Positions 56,052 to 64,000 of a stretch of 64,000 bases of DNA are shown one piece after another. The position numbers and the translations under genes were made by a program. Every line of letters starts with the position of its first letter. Positions within the stretch are counted from its first letter, which is position 1. The notes beneath the pieces were generated by a model. The model was given only the letters and a program-made list of their open reading frames with translations, had not been told where the DNA came from and did not search any database. The DNA comes from a bacterium (lineage in GTDB: Bacteria > Chloroflexota > Dormibacteria > Aeolococcales > Bog-877), in assembly GCA_021795235.1 (NCBI GenBank), contig JAJYPP010000006.1, positions 3,333 to 67,332 of the forward strand, given 5' to 3'.

Positions 56052-56923
56052 CGGCCCGGGGACGGCTCGACGCCCCTCCATGCGAACAGCGACCGCACCA
56101 GGGTGGCTCGACGCTGGCGGCGGACCAGGGCCGCCTTCTGGACAAACACCAGATCACCCGCCGCCACCACGGCGTCGGTCGCCGCCAGACCGGCCAGGAT
56201 GAAGGTCGCCATCTCCACCCGCATCAACCCAGGCACCTCGCGCGCCAGCGGCCAGCCCTCTCGCAGCAGTCGGCGGGCCCGCCCCACCGCGTGCAGGAGC
56301 GCCGCTCGATTGCCTGGGGTGGGCCGGCCACTCTCCCACTCCTCCTCGCTGACCCCGTGCGCCGTCAGCACCTCGAGCGGCAGGTAGCGCCGTCCACGCA
56401 GTCGATCCGAGGTTATGTCCTGCCACATGTTGGCCAGCTGCAGTCCCGTGCAGACCGAGTCGGAGTGGCTGACCGGAGCCTCATCGGTGATCCCTTCCAG
56501 CGCCAGCACCAACTGGCCGACCGGGGTGGCGGACAGGGTGCAGTAGGTGTCCAACTGCTCCCAGGTGGCGTAGCGGACGAACTCCTGATCCTGCAGGTTG
56601 GCCTGGATCAGGCGCAGGAAGTAGCCGCGCTCCAGCCGGTGGCGCCGGATCACCGGCTGGAGCCTCAAGAAGACTGGGTGCTGCGGTTGCCCGTTGTAGC
56701 AGGCCTCAAGCTCTTCCCGGCACCGGTCCAGCTGGGCCGTGGCGTCGCCCAGCCCTTCGTCCCCGATGTCGTCGACCAGGCGGCAGAAGCCGTAGATGGC
56801 GGCCCTGGCCTCGCGCCTGCCGGGACGCAGCAGCCAGGCCGCGATGGGAAAGTTCTCCCGCCGCCGCGCGGACTCGAGCTCCCCCGCGGAGTAATCGGGG
56901 AGGGTGACCCTGGTGGCAGCCAC
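56048..56923 (-). CDS. hpnC: Hydroxysqualene synthase
   Basis: ENFPIAAWLLRPGRREARAAIYGFCRLVDDIGDEG and ANMWQDITSDRLRGRRYLP. The ENFP(V/I)A start motif is typical of HpnC. Confidence 0.8.
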   Translation of the reverse strand: MAATRVTLPDYSAGELESARRRENFPIAAWLLRPGRREARAAIYGFCRLVDDIGDEGLGDATAQLDRCREELEACYNGQPQHPVFLRLQPVIRRHRLERGYFLRLIQANLQDQEFVRYATWEQLDTYCTLSATPVGQLVLALEGITDEAPVSHSDSVCTGLQLANMWQDITSDRLRGRRYLPLEVLTAHGVSEEEWESGRPTPGNRAALLHAVGRARRLLREGWPLAREVPGLMRVEMATFILAGLAATDAVVAAGDLVFVQKAALVRRQRRATLVRSLFAWRGVEPSPGR

Positions 56924-56927
56924 GGGC

Positions 56928-58877
56928 TCAGCCCCCGACGGCGAGCGCCGGGCCGGGGTCGACCATCCGAGCCAGGGCCATCACCGGGAAGATGGTGGCG
57001 TACATCTGGTAGCGCAGGTAGAAGGCGCGGGGGAATCCCGTCCCGGTGAAGAGCTCGTCGGTCCAGCCCCCGTCGGCCTGTTGGTGTCCCACCAGCCAGT
57101 CGGCTGCGGCCGCAGCCGACTCGGTCAGCGAGCGGTCGGAGTCGAGATCCGGGCTTCCGTACAGCGCCGCCTCCAGGGCCATGAGCGCCCAGGCGGTCTG
57201 GGACGGGGTGGGCTGGCCCCGGCCGATGTGCTCGGGGGCGTGGTAGGAGAGCACGGACTCGCCGAACCCGCCGTCGGCCCGCTGGTGATCGCGCACCCAC
57301 CGCCCCAGGCGCAGGAGTCGCTCCCGGTCCGCGTGCTCCCCCAGGGTCGCCAGAGCTGTCCCCACGGCCGCTCCCCCATAGACGTAGTTGACACCCCAGC
57401 GGCCGTAATAGGCGCCCTCGCCCTCCTCGGATCGGCGCAGCCACGACACCGCCCGCCACTTGGCCAGGGCGAGGTCCCGGCCGCCGCAGCGAGCGAGGGC
57501 CTCCACGACATGCGCGGTCACGTCTGGGCTGGGGGGATCAAGCACCTCGCCGAAGTCGGATATGGGCAGCCGCTCCACCCAGCGGCGGTTGTTGTCGGCG
57601 TCGAAAGCGGCGTAACCGCCGTCGGAACCCTGCATCGCGACCAGCCAGCCCAGGGCCCTGGTCATGGCCTGGCCAGCCGGGGTTCCGTCCCCGCGCCGGT
57701 GCCCGGCGGCCGTCAGGGCGCAGAGGACCACGGCGGTGTCGTCGGTATCGGGGTACTGGTCGTTGTAGAACTCGAAGGGCCAGCCCCCCGGGGTCACCCC
57801 GGGTAGACGGACCGCCCAGTCGCCCGGCTTCTTGACCTCGCGCGCGACCAGCCAGTCGACCGCTTTGCGGACCGCCTGGTGATCCTGCGGCAGGCCGGCG
57901 TCGCAAAGCGCCCAGAGCGCCAGCGCGGTGTCCCAGACCGGGGAGACGCAGGCCTGCAGACGGAAGCCACGCTCGTCCTCGATCCCGAAGCTCTCCAGGG
58001 CCTCCAGCCCGCGCCTGACGGGGGGATCGGAGAGCCGGTGCCCGCGGGCGACCAGCGCCATGATCCCGTAGACCCAGGGGGGCTGGATGCCGGCCCAGGA
58101 GCCATCCTCCTCCTGATGCTCCAGGATCCAGCGCTCCGCCTCGGCCATCGCCAGCCCGCGCAGCCCCACCTTGGGGAGTTTGCCGTATATCCGGACCAGC
58201 CTGTCCACGGATTTCCAGGTGAGGGTGCCGGCGGCCGGGACCCTGGGGCCGGCCGGAAGTTCGCCCGGCGCCGGCCGTTCCAGCGGGAAGACGGTCTCCA
58301 GGGAGCGCAGGATCGCCAGCGGCACGGTGGTCGCCCGTGCCCAGGAGGCGAGGTCGTAGATGCTGCCCATCCTGGTCCCGGGGATCAGGATCCACTCCGG
58401 GGGCACCACCGGCAGTTCGTGCCAGGGCCAGAGACCAGCCAGCGCCAGCCAGATCCTCGTGAAGACGCGGGTGGCATTAACTCCGCCGTGGCCTGCCACG
58501 AAGTCTCTGGCGCTGGCCACCGCTGGGTCGTCGAGCTCAACCCCCATGGCCCGCATGGCTACGAAGACCTCGGCGGTCACACTGATGTCGCCATCCACCT
58601 CTGGGGCGATCCCGAAGCTCCCGTCCGGTCGCTGCTCCCCGCGCAGGTAGCCGAGCGCCGAAGCCTCGCGCTCGGGGTCGGCTACCCCCAGGAAGCGGCA
58701 CATCAGCAGGTACTCCGCCGTGATCGCGGCGTTGCTCTCCAGTTCACCCATCCAGGAGCCGTCGGGGAGCTGCCGGGAAAGCAGGTTGGCGACCGCGCGA
58801 TCCAGTGCAGCCTGGAGGTCCGGGCGCGCGGGAAGCCCCTCCGAGGAGGGGATCTCGGATATGAGATCCAGAGTCAA
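56928..58877 (-). CDS. shc: Squalene-hopene cyclase
   Basis: Multiple QW-type repeats (DGSW, DGGW, GGWPFEF), DTDDTAVV catalytic motif. The ORF extends to 59000, but TTG 58877 gives a 4-nt overlap with the upstream stop. Confidence 0.9.
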   Translation of the reverse strand: MTLDLISEIPSSEGLPARPDLQAALDRAVANLLSRQLPDGSWMGELESNAAITAEYLLMCRFLGVADPEREASALGYLRGEQRPDGSFGIAPEVDGDISVTAEVFVAMRAMGVELDDPAVASARDFVAGHGGVNATRVFTRIWLALAGLWPWHELPVVPPEWILIPGTRMGSIYDLASWARATTVPLAILRSLETVFPLERPAPGELPAGPRVPAAGTLTWKSVDRLVRIYGKLPKVGLRGLAMAEAERWILEHQEEDGSWAGIQPPWVYGIMALVARGHRLSDPPVRRGLEALESFGIEDERGFRLQACVSPVWDTALALWALCDAGLPQDHQAVRKAVDWLVAREVKKPGDWAVRLPGVTPGGWPFEFYNDQYPDTDDTAVVLCALTAAGHRRGDGTPAGQAMTRALGWLVAMQGSDGGYAAFDADNNRRWVERLPISDFGEVLDPPSPDVTAHVVEALARCGGRDLALAKWRAVSWLRRSEEGEGAYYGRWGVNYVYGGAAVGTALATLGEHADRERLLRLGRWVRDHQRADGGFGESVLSYHAPEHIGRGQPTPSQTAWALMALEAALYGSPDLDSDRSLTESAAAAADWLVGHQQADGGWTDELFTGTGFPRAFYLRYQMYATIFPVMALARMVDPGPALAVGG

Positions 58878-59932
58878 CTCCAGCGTTCCCCCAGCCAACG
58901 GCAGAGCCGGTCCACCTCGTCGGCGACGGTGGCATCCAGAGGCAGCTTGGCGGCCGCTCCCAGCGCGCGCTCCGTCCAGGTCGTGGTCAGTCCCTGGCAC
59001 CGCTGGGCGACCCCGGATTCGCGGAGCAATTCCACCGCCTCTCCCAAGGTAGCCTCGGACAACCCTTCCGGGCTCAGCCAGGAGCGAGCCGTTCTGCGCA
59101 TGTCGCCTTTGGAGTTGAGGGCCAGGAGGAAGGGCAATCCCTGCTTACGGCGCAGCAGGTCGTTGCCGACCGGCTTGCCGGTCTGCTCGGCATCGCCGAA
59201 GACTCCCAAGGTGTCGTCGCGGAGCTGGAAGGCGATTCCGAGCGTCCGCCCGAAGCGCTCGCAGGCGTCGACAACCTCCAGCGTGGAGTCCGCCGCCACC
59301 GCGCCCAGGGCGGCTGCGGCGCCCATCAAGGCGCCGGTCTTGAGCTCCACCATGCGCAGGTAGGCGTTCAGGTCCACCGGCGGCCGTCCGGTGGCGGCGA
59401 GGTCGGCCTGCTGGCCTCCGACCATCTCCAGAGTGGCGGCTCCCAGGGTTTCGGCGGCCAGCTGAGCCATCGCCGCCGGGGCTCCCGACCGGCTGATCGT
59501 CAGGAAGGCGACTGTCAGCAGGGCGTCGCCGGTGTTGAGGGCGGTCGCCATGCCGTCTCTGAACCATAGTGCCGGCTGGCCCCGTCGCGAGCGGTCCTCG
59601 TCGACGATGTCGTCGTGAACCAGGGAGAAGTCATGGATGAGCTGGACGGCGATCCCCAGGCGCTTGGCCCACTCCGGCACTCCGCCCAACCCGGTGGCGA
59701 CCAGCATGGTGAGGGTGGGCCTCAGGGCCTTGCCAGGACGGGCACCGGGCTCCAGCCCGAGGTGGTAACGGGCTGGGCCGGTCATCTCCGGGGGCAGTGC
59801 CTCGACGGCTGCCAGGAGGGCGTCCATGATGCTCTCCTGGTAGCGGCCCATCACCCTTCTGGCGGTGGCGTCGATGCTCTCGCCGGGTATCGCACCGTCC
59901 GCCACCGGCACATCTTCGCGCTCAGAGATCAC
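58874..59932 (-). CDS. Polyprenyl (farnesyl/geranylgeranyl) diphosphate synthase
   Basis: LIHDFSLVHDDIVDED (FARM) and GIAFQLRDDTLG (SARM). Start is either GTG 59932 or ATG 59851. Confidence 0.85.
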   Translation of the reverse strand: MISEREDVPVADGAIPGESIDATARRVMGRYQESIMDALLAAVEALPPEMTGPARYHLGLEPGARPGKALRPTLTMLVATGLGGVPEWAKRLGIAVQLIHDFSLVHDDIVDEDRSRRGQPALWFRDGMATALNTGDALLTVAFLTISRSGAPAAMAQLAAETLGAATLEMVGGQQADLAATGRPPVDLNAYLRMVELKTGALMGAAAALGAVAADSTLEVVDACERFGRTLGIAFQLRDDTLGVFGDAEQTGKPVGNDLLRRKQGLPFLLALNSKGDMRRTARSWLSPEGLSEATLGEAVELLRESGVAQRCQGLTTTWTERALGAAAKLPLDATVADEVDRLCRWLGERWS

Positions 59933-60764
59933 GGCACGCCGCCTCGACCTCGTCGACCACCCAGCCCGGCGTCGAGGTCCCCGAGGTGACCCCCACCCGC
60001 TGCCCCTTCTCGAACCATTCCGGGCGCAGTTCGGCGGCACTCTCCACATGGTGGGTGGGGAGGCGGGCGGCGCAGGTCTGGGCCAGCGCCAACGTGTTGG
60101 CCGAGTTGCGGCCGCCGACCACCACCACCACGTCCACCTGATCGAGCAGGCCGGCCAGGGCCTCGCGCTGGCGCTGGTTCACTACCGGACAGGTGGTGTC
60201 TCGAACCTCCAACTCTCCGGAGCGCCCGGCCACCCGCTCGGCGATCTCTCGGAAGAGCGGTTGAGGAAATGTGCTCTGGCAGACTATGCCCCTCCGCTCC
60301 CGGTAGGGAAGGGCGTCGGCCTCCTCCAAAGAGGAGATGACGGTCACCTCCCGACCCTGGGCCGAGCCCGCCCACCCGGCGACTCCGGCCACCTCCTGGT
60401 GGTGGGCGTGCCCGACGATGACCACCGGCATGTCCTGCTCTGCCATCTCCTGGGCGTGGCGCTGCACCCGCCGCACCAGCGGACAGGTCGTGTCCACGAT
60501 CTGGAGTCCGTGCCGCCGGGCATCCTCGAACAGCTCAGGGGTGGCACCGTGGGCGGTGACCACCACCGGGATCGATCCTTCGCGCGGGAGCTCCTGGATC
60601 TGTCGCAGCCCCCTGGCCTCGAGTGCCTCCAGCGCCCTCGAGTTGTGAACCACCTGACCCAGGGCTGCGGCGTCACCGCTCTGGTCAAGGGCGGTTGAGG
60701 TCAGCGCCAGCGCGTCTCGCACTCCGAAGCAGAAACCCGTGTGCCGGGGTCGGAAGGTCTCCAT
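59922..60764 (-). CDS. ispH: 4-hydroxy-3-methylbut-2-enyl diphosphate reductase
   Basis: GFCFGVRDA, HNSRALE, VVTAHG, DTTCPLV, GHAHHQEV, CQSTF and VVVGGRNSANT are IspH/LytB motifs. ATG 60764. Confidence 0.9.
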   Translation of the reverse strand: METFRPRHTGFCFGVRDALALTSTALDQSGDAAALGQVVHNSRALEALEARGLRQIQELPREGSIPVVVTAHGATPELFEDARRHGLQIVDTTCPLVRRVQRHAQEMAEQDMPVVIVGHAHHQEVAGVAGWAGSAQGREVTVISSLEEADALPYRERRGIVCQSTFPQPLFREIAERVAGRSGELEVRDTTCPVVNQRQREALAGLLDQVDVVVVVGGRNSANTLALAQTCAARLPTHHVESAAELRPEWFEKGQRVGVTSGTSTPGWVVDEVEAACRDL

Positions 60765-60953
60765 CTTGTCCTCACCCTGCCGGTGTTCCGTTATGCCGCC
60801 TAAACTATCTTCCATCCTGACCCTACGCTCGGTCAATCTCGGCTCACGTTATTCAACACATGCGCAACATAACCAAATGGTGATGCTGGCCAGAAGCCGC
60901 CGCGGCCGTCGAGAGCGGGCCTCGCGCGGCTTGCCTGGGGGGCTCCTCCACTG

Positions 60954-62192
60954 ATGCTGGCTCTGGTCTTCGACCCCAGCCCGGGGCGCATACCGGTGGC
61001 CGGCGCGCTCTCCAGGCTCCGACCCTGGCTGGCCTTGCGGGGACCGGCGCCCCTCTACCTGGCCGCCATCGAGGAGGCGCCCAGGCCAGGCCCAGATTGG
61101 GTCCGGCTCCGGGTGGTGGCGGCGGGGATCTGCGGCTCGGACGTGAAGCAGGCCACCCTGCAGGCAAGCTCCGACAACCCGCTCACCGCCGTGGTCAGCT
61201 TCCCGCACGTCCCCGGCCACGAGATAGTGGCCGAGGTGGCCGAACCGCGTCCCGACCTGGGGATGGAGGAGGGCAGCCTGGTGGCCGTCGACCCGTGGCT
61301 GGGGTGTCGGGCCAGGCAGGTCGCCAACCCCTGCCCAGCCTGCCGCGCTGGGTTCCCTCCCCACTGCTCACAGGTGACCGCCGGCGGCCCGTGGGGCACC
61401 GCTCCCGGGATGCACCTGGGGACGGTCGCCGGACTGCCGGGGGGCTTCGCCCAGGCGATCCACGCCCACCGGACCCAGCTGCACCGACTGCCGGTCGGCC
61501 TTCGCCCCGCGACCGCGGTCCTGGCCGATCCCCTCGCGGTCGCCCTGCACGCGGTGTCGCTGGTCGAGCAGGAGCCTGGGGGTCCGATCCTGGTTCTGGG
61601 AGCCGGCACGATCGGGCTGGGCCTGGCGCTGGCGGCTCGGGAGCGCTGGCCCGACGCCGAGGTCCTGGTGACGTGTGCCTGGCCGAGTCAGGTCGAGGCG
61701 GTGGCGCGGCTGGGCGCCCGAGCACTGCCGCCCAGCCCCCATGCGGTGGTCCAGGCGGTGACCCGGCTGACGGCGTCCAGGCTGGCCCGGCCATGGCGCG
61801 GCGGGCCCTGGACAGTCGACTCCGGAGCGGCCCTGGTTCTCAACTCCATCGGTTCGCCGGCCACCACCGAGCTGGCTCTGCGGGTGATATCGCCGCGAGG
61901 CACGCTGGTGACCGTCGGGGTCGGACGCCCCGCCCGGGCGGAGACGACCCTGGCCTACTACAAGGAGGTGCGCCAGCTGGGCTCCAACGGCTACGGTCGT
62001 CTGGGCGCCGATCCGGGCAGCCCGCACCTGCTAGATTTGGCGCTGGAGCTGTTGCACCGGCGTCAGGATGCGGTCTCGGACTGGCTCACTCACGCCTTTG
62101 CCATCCGACGGTGGCGGGAGGCCTTCGAGGCGGCGGCTCGGCCCGACCGCAGCGGGGCTCTCAAGGTCGTGCTGCATCCCTGGGAGGGCTGA
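60954..62192 (+). CDS. Zinc-type (MDR) alcohol dehydrogenase-like oxidoreductase
   Basis: VRLRVVAAGICGSDV...PGHEIVAEV zinc motif and LVLGAGTIGLGLA Rossmann motif. Confidence 0.75.
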   Translation: MLALVFDPSPGRIPVAGALSRLRPWLALRGPAPLYLAAIEEAPRPGPDWVRLRVVAAGICGSDVKQATLQASSDNPLTAVVSFPHVPGHEIVAEVAEPRPDLGMEEGSLVAVDPWLGCRARQVANPCPACRAGFPPHCSQVTAGGPWGTAPGMHLGTVAGLPGGFAQAIHAHRTQLHRLPVGLRPATAVLADPLAVALHAVSLVEQEPGGPILVLGAGTIGLGLALAARERWPDAEVLVTCAWPSQVEAVARLGARALPPSPHAVVQAVTRLTASRLARPWRGGPWTVDSGAALVLNSIGSPATTELALRVISPRGTLVTVGVGRPARAETTLAYYKEVRQLGSNGYGRLGADPGSPHLLDLALELLHRRQDAVSDWLTHAFAIRRWREAFEAAARPDRSGALKVVLHPWEG

Positions 62193-62196
62193 GGGG

Positions 62197-62643
62197 ATGA
62201 TGATCGCGGAGGCGAGCGTGATGGTGCGGGCGCCGCTGGACCGGATCCGGGAGGCGGTGATGGATCCCGCTGCCTATATCGACGGCCAGACCAAGGTGCA
62301 GGAGATGTTCGTGGAGTCCCGGCAGGGGGACCAGGTGGTGGCTCGCATCAACGGCCATCTGGGCCCTTTCCGGTCCCACATCCGAGCTCGCTACACGGTC
62401 GGTGACAACCGCATCGAGCTGGAGATGCTCTGGGGACGGCTGAGAGGCTTCCACGCGGTATTCCTGATGGACGAGCATCCTGACGGGGTGTTGCTGACTC
62501 ATCGAGAGGAGTACGACTTCGGCTACGGCCCGCTCTCCCCGTTGCTGGACAGGGGACTGAAGCACTGGGCGGTGGGCAGCGTCAGGGCCGAGGTCGCAGC
62601 GCTCAAACGGTCGGCGGAGGGCCGTGGCCCCTCCGAGGGCTGA
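62197..62643 (+). CDS. SRPBCC (START/polyketide-cyclase-like) family protein
   Basis: ~148 aa. N-terminal EASVMVRAPLDRIREAVMDPAAY is typical of SRPBCC ligand-binding proteins. Starts 4 nt after the ADH stop. Confidence 0.55.
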   Translation: MMIAEASVMVRAPLDRIREAVMDPAAYIDGQTKVQEMFVESRQGDQVVARINGHLGPFRSHIRARYTVGDNRIELEMLWGRLRGFHAVFLMDEHPDGVLLTHREEYDFGYGPLSPLLDRGLKHWAVGSVRAEVAALKRSAEGRGPSEG

Positions 62644-62733
62644 GCCGCTGTTTGCCGGGGCGGGCGCGCGGGCAGACTCCCTGGTGGGAGAGCCAACCTC
62701 GCCCGAGCGCACCGACCAACCGGAGTTCAGCCG

Positions 62734-64000
62734 TTGAGTGAAGACACAGATCCCAAGGAAGCAGTGACCGAGGCCCGTCCGCAGCGGCGCCCAGCCGGCG
62801 GACCCGAGATCGAGACCCTGCCTCTGGTGCCGCTGCGGGACAATGTTGTCCTGCCCCACCAGCTGGCACCGCTGGGCGCCGGCAGAGAGCGCTCCGTCAG
62901 CAGCCTGGAGGCGGCGGTGGCGGCGGAGGGCAAGGTGGTGCTCGCGGTGCAGCGCCAGAGCGACCTGGATGACGTGGAGATGGCGGACATCTATCCCATC
63001 GCCACCCTCGCTCAGATCGGGGCCTTCCGCCGCGGCGCCGCCGGTGCGCAGGTGCTGGTCGAGGGCCAGCGCCGGGTCCGAGTCCTGGAGCTTGAGCAGG
63101 GTGATCAGTGGACCGCCAAGGTGGTCGCGCTCCCGGAGTTGGAGCCCCACGGCACCGAGATCGAGGCCCTGGTGGGGTCGGTCCGCCAGCTCTTTGGCGA
63201 GTACGTGGCGGCCGGCGCATCGGTGGCGCCGGAGCTGGCGGTCGCAGTGGCGCGCGCCAAGGAGCCCGGGAAGGTGGCTGACCTGGCCGGGTCCGCTCCC
63301 GACCTGGATTCCCAGGACCGGATCGCCCTGCTGCAGGAGGACGACGTGGAGCGTCGCCTACGCGGCCTGGTTCCGCTCCTGGCCCGGTTGCTGGAGGTGG
63401 CCCAGCTGCGCAGCAAGATCCAGCAGGACGTGGCTCAGACCATCAACCAGGGCCAGCGCGAGGCCATCTTGCGCGAGCAGCTCAAGGTCATCCGCAAGGA
63501 GCTCGCGGACCTGGGTGGCGAGTCCGGCTCTGAGGAGGACCTCAGGGAGCGGATCGCTGCCGCCGGGATGCCGGAGCCGGTCCTCAAGCGTGCGCTCAAA
63601 GAGCTCGACCGCATGGAGTCAACCCCCAGCGCATCGCCCGAGGTGGGCATGATCCGCAACTACCTGGACTGGCTGCTCGATGTGCCCTGGGGGGACGCCG
63701 GCCCGGAACGGGTCGACATCCAGGAGGCGGCCCGGATCCTCGACGAAGACCACTACGGCCTGCCCAAGGTCAAGGAGCGCATCCTGGAATGGATGGCGGT
63801 CCGCAAACGGGTGTTGGAGCGCCGCGCCCAATCGGCGGTCGAGGGTGCCCCGGAGCCGGCTCCCCTGCAGACTCCGATTCTCTGCTTCGTGGGGCCGCCC
63901 GGGGTTGGCAAGACCTCCCTCGGCCGCAGCATCGCCCGGGCTCTGGACCGAAAGCTGGTCAGGGTCTCTTTGGGAGGCATCCGGGACGAGGCCGAGATCC
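62734..64000 (+). CDS. lon: ATP-dependent Lon protease, N-terminal ~420 aa (3' end outside window)
   Basis: LPLVPLRDNVVLPHQ (LON N-domain), REQLKVIRKELADLG, DEDHYGLPKVKERILEWMAV and CFVGPPGVGKTSLGRSIA Walker A. Absent from the supplied ORF track because no stop lies in the window. Start is TTG 62734 or GTG 62764. Confidence 0.9.
   Translation, partial: MSEDTDPKEAVTEARPQRRPAGGPEIETLPLVPLRDNVVLPHQLAPLGAGRERSVSSLEAAVAAEGKVVLAVQRQSDLDDVEMADIYPIATLAQIGAFRRGAAGAQVLVEGQRRVRVLELEQGDQWTAKVVALPELEPHGTEIEALVGSVRQLFGEYVAAGASVAPELAVAVARAKEPGKVADLAGSAPDLDSQDRIALLQEDDVERRLRGLVPLLARLLEVAQLRSKIQQDVAQTINQGQREAILREQLKVIRKELADLGGESGSEEDLRERIAAAGMPEPVLKRALKELDRMESTPSASPEVGMIRNYLDWLLDVPWGDAGPERVDIQEAARILDEDHYGLPKVKERILEWMAVRKRVLERRAQSAVEGAPEPAPLQTPILCFVGPPGVGKTSLGRSIARALDRKLVRVSLGGIRDEAEI

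Noticed and set aside
62843-63652. 269-aa ORF listed in the track inside the lon region.
   Set aside because: It is an out-of-frame shadow. The frame starting at 62734 carries unmistakable Lon motifs and runs open to the window end.

Overview
High-GC (about 68-75% by hand counts) bacterial chromosomal segment with terrabacterial or actinobacterial-style gene content; most genes are tightly packed and many are linked by 4-nt start/stop overlaps. Recognisable content in order: ABC ATPase tail and an HTH-PBP regulator; isochorismatase-family hydrolase; citrate synthase; an ISL3-like transposase remnant; NRAMP transporter; malic enzyme; arsR-arsD-arsA; a low-GC two-gene island (heme O synthase plus an unclassified 12-TM His-bearing membrane protein); a decayed duplicate of the malic-enzyme 5' end; an orphan MsiK-type sugar ABC ATPase; PiT phosphate transporter plus DUF47; a ~2.1-kb stretch with no credible gene; a sugar ABC permease/SBP/permease module with HAD, RNase J-like MBL and PNKP-like phosphatase genes; a CBS/zinc-ribbon protein; a four-subunit 2-oxoacid:ferredoxin oxidoreductase coupled to a GltD-like flavoprotein; aldehyde dehydrogenase, MBL hydrolase, MscS channel; MFS and APC transporters; an operon of a small unknown protein, two double-YbjQ-domain proteins and an HDAC-family deacetylase; SoxR with a soxbox promoter; Rieske/DUF2231 and VOC proteins; an atypical OmpR-type regulator; a hopanoid cluster (hpnA, DUF422-HpnG fusion, hpnE, hpnD, hpnC, shc, polyprenyl synthase, ispH); an MDR dehydrogenase; an SRPBCC protein; and the 5' part of lon. 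The most unusual signal is non-coding: three copies of a ~320-nt element (20689-21005 minus, 21577-21906 plus, 28384-28720 plus). They carry frame-breaking indels, yet their hairpins are kept by different sequences, which suggests an unclassified structured RNA or a mobile non-coding element. Two of the copies sit in inverted orientation around the ABC/HAD/MBL module. No rRNA, intact tRNA or CRISPR array was seen. All family assignments come from motif recognition by eye; no database search was possible.
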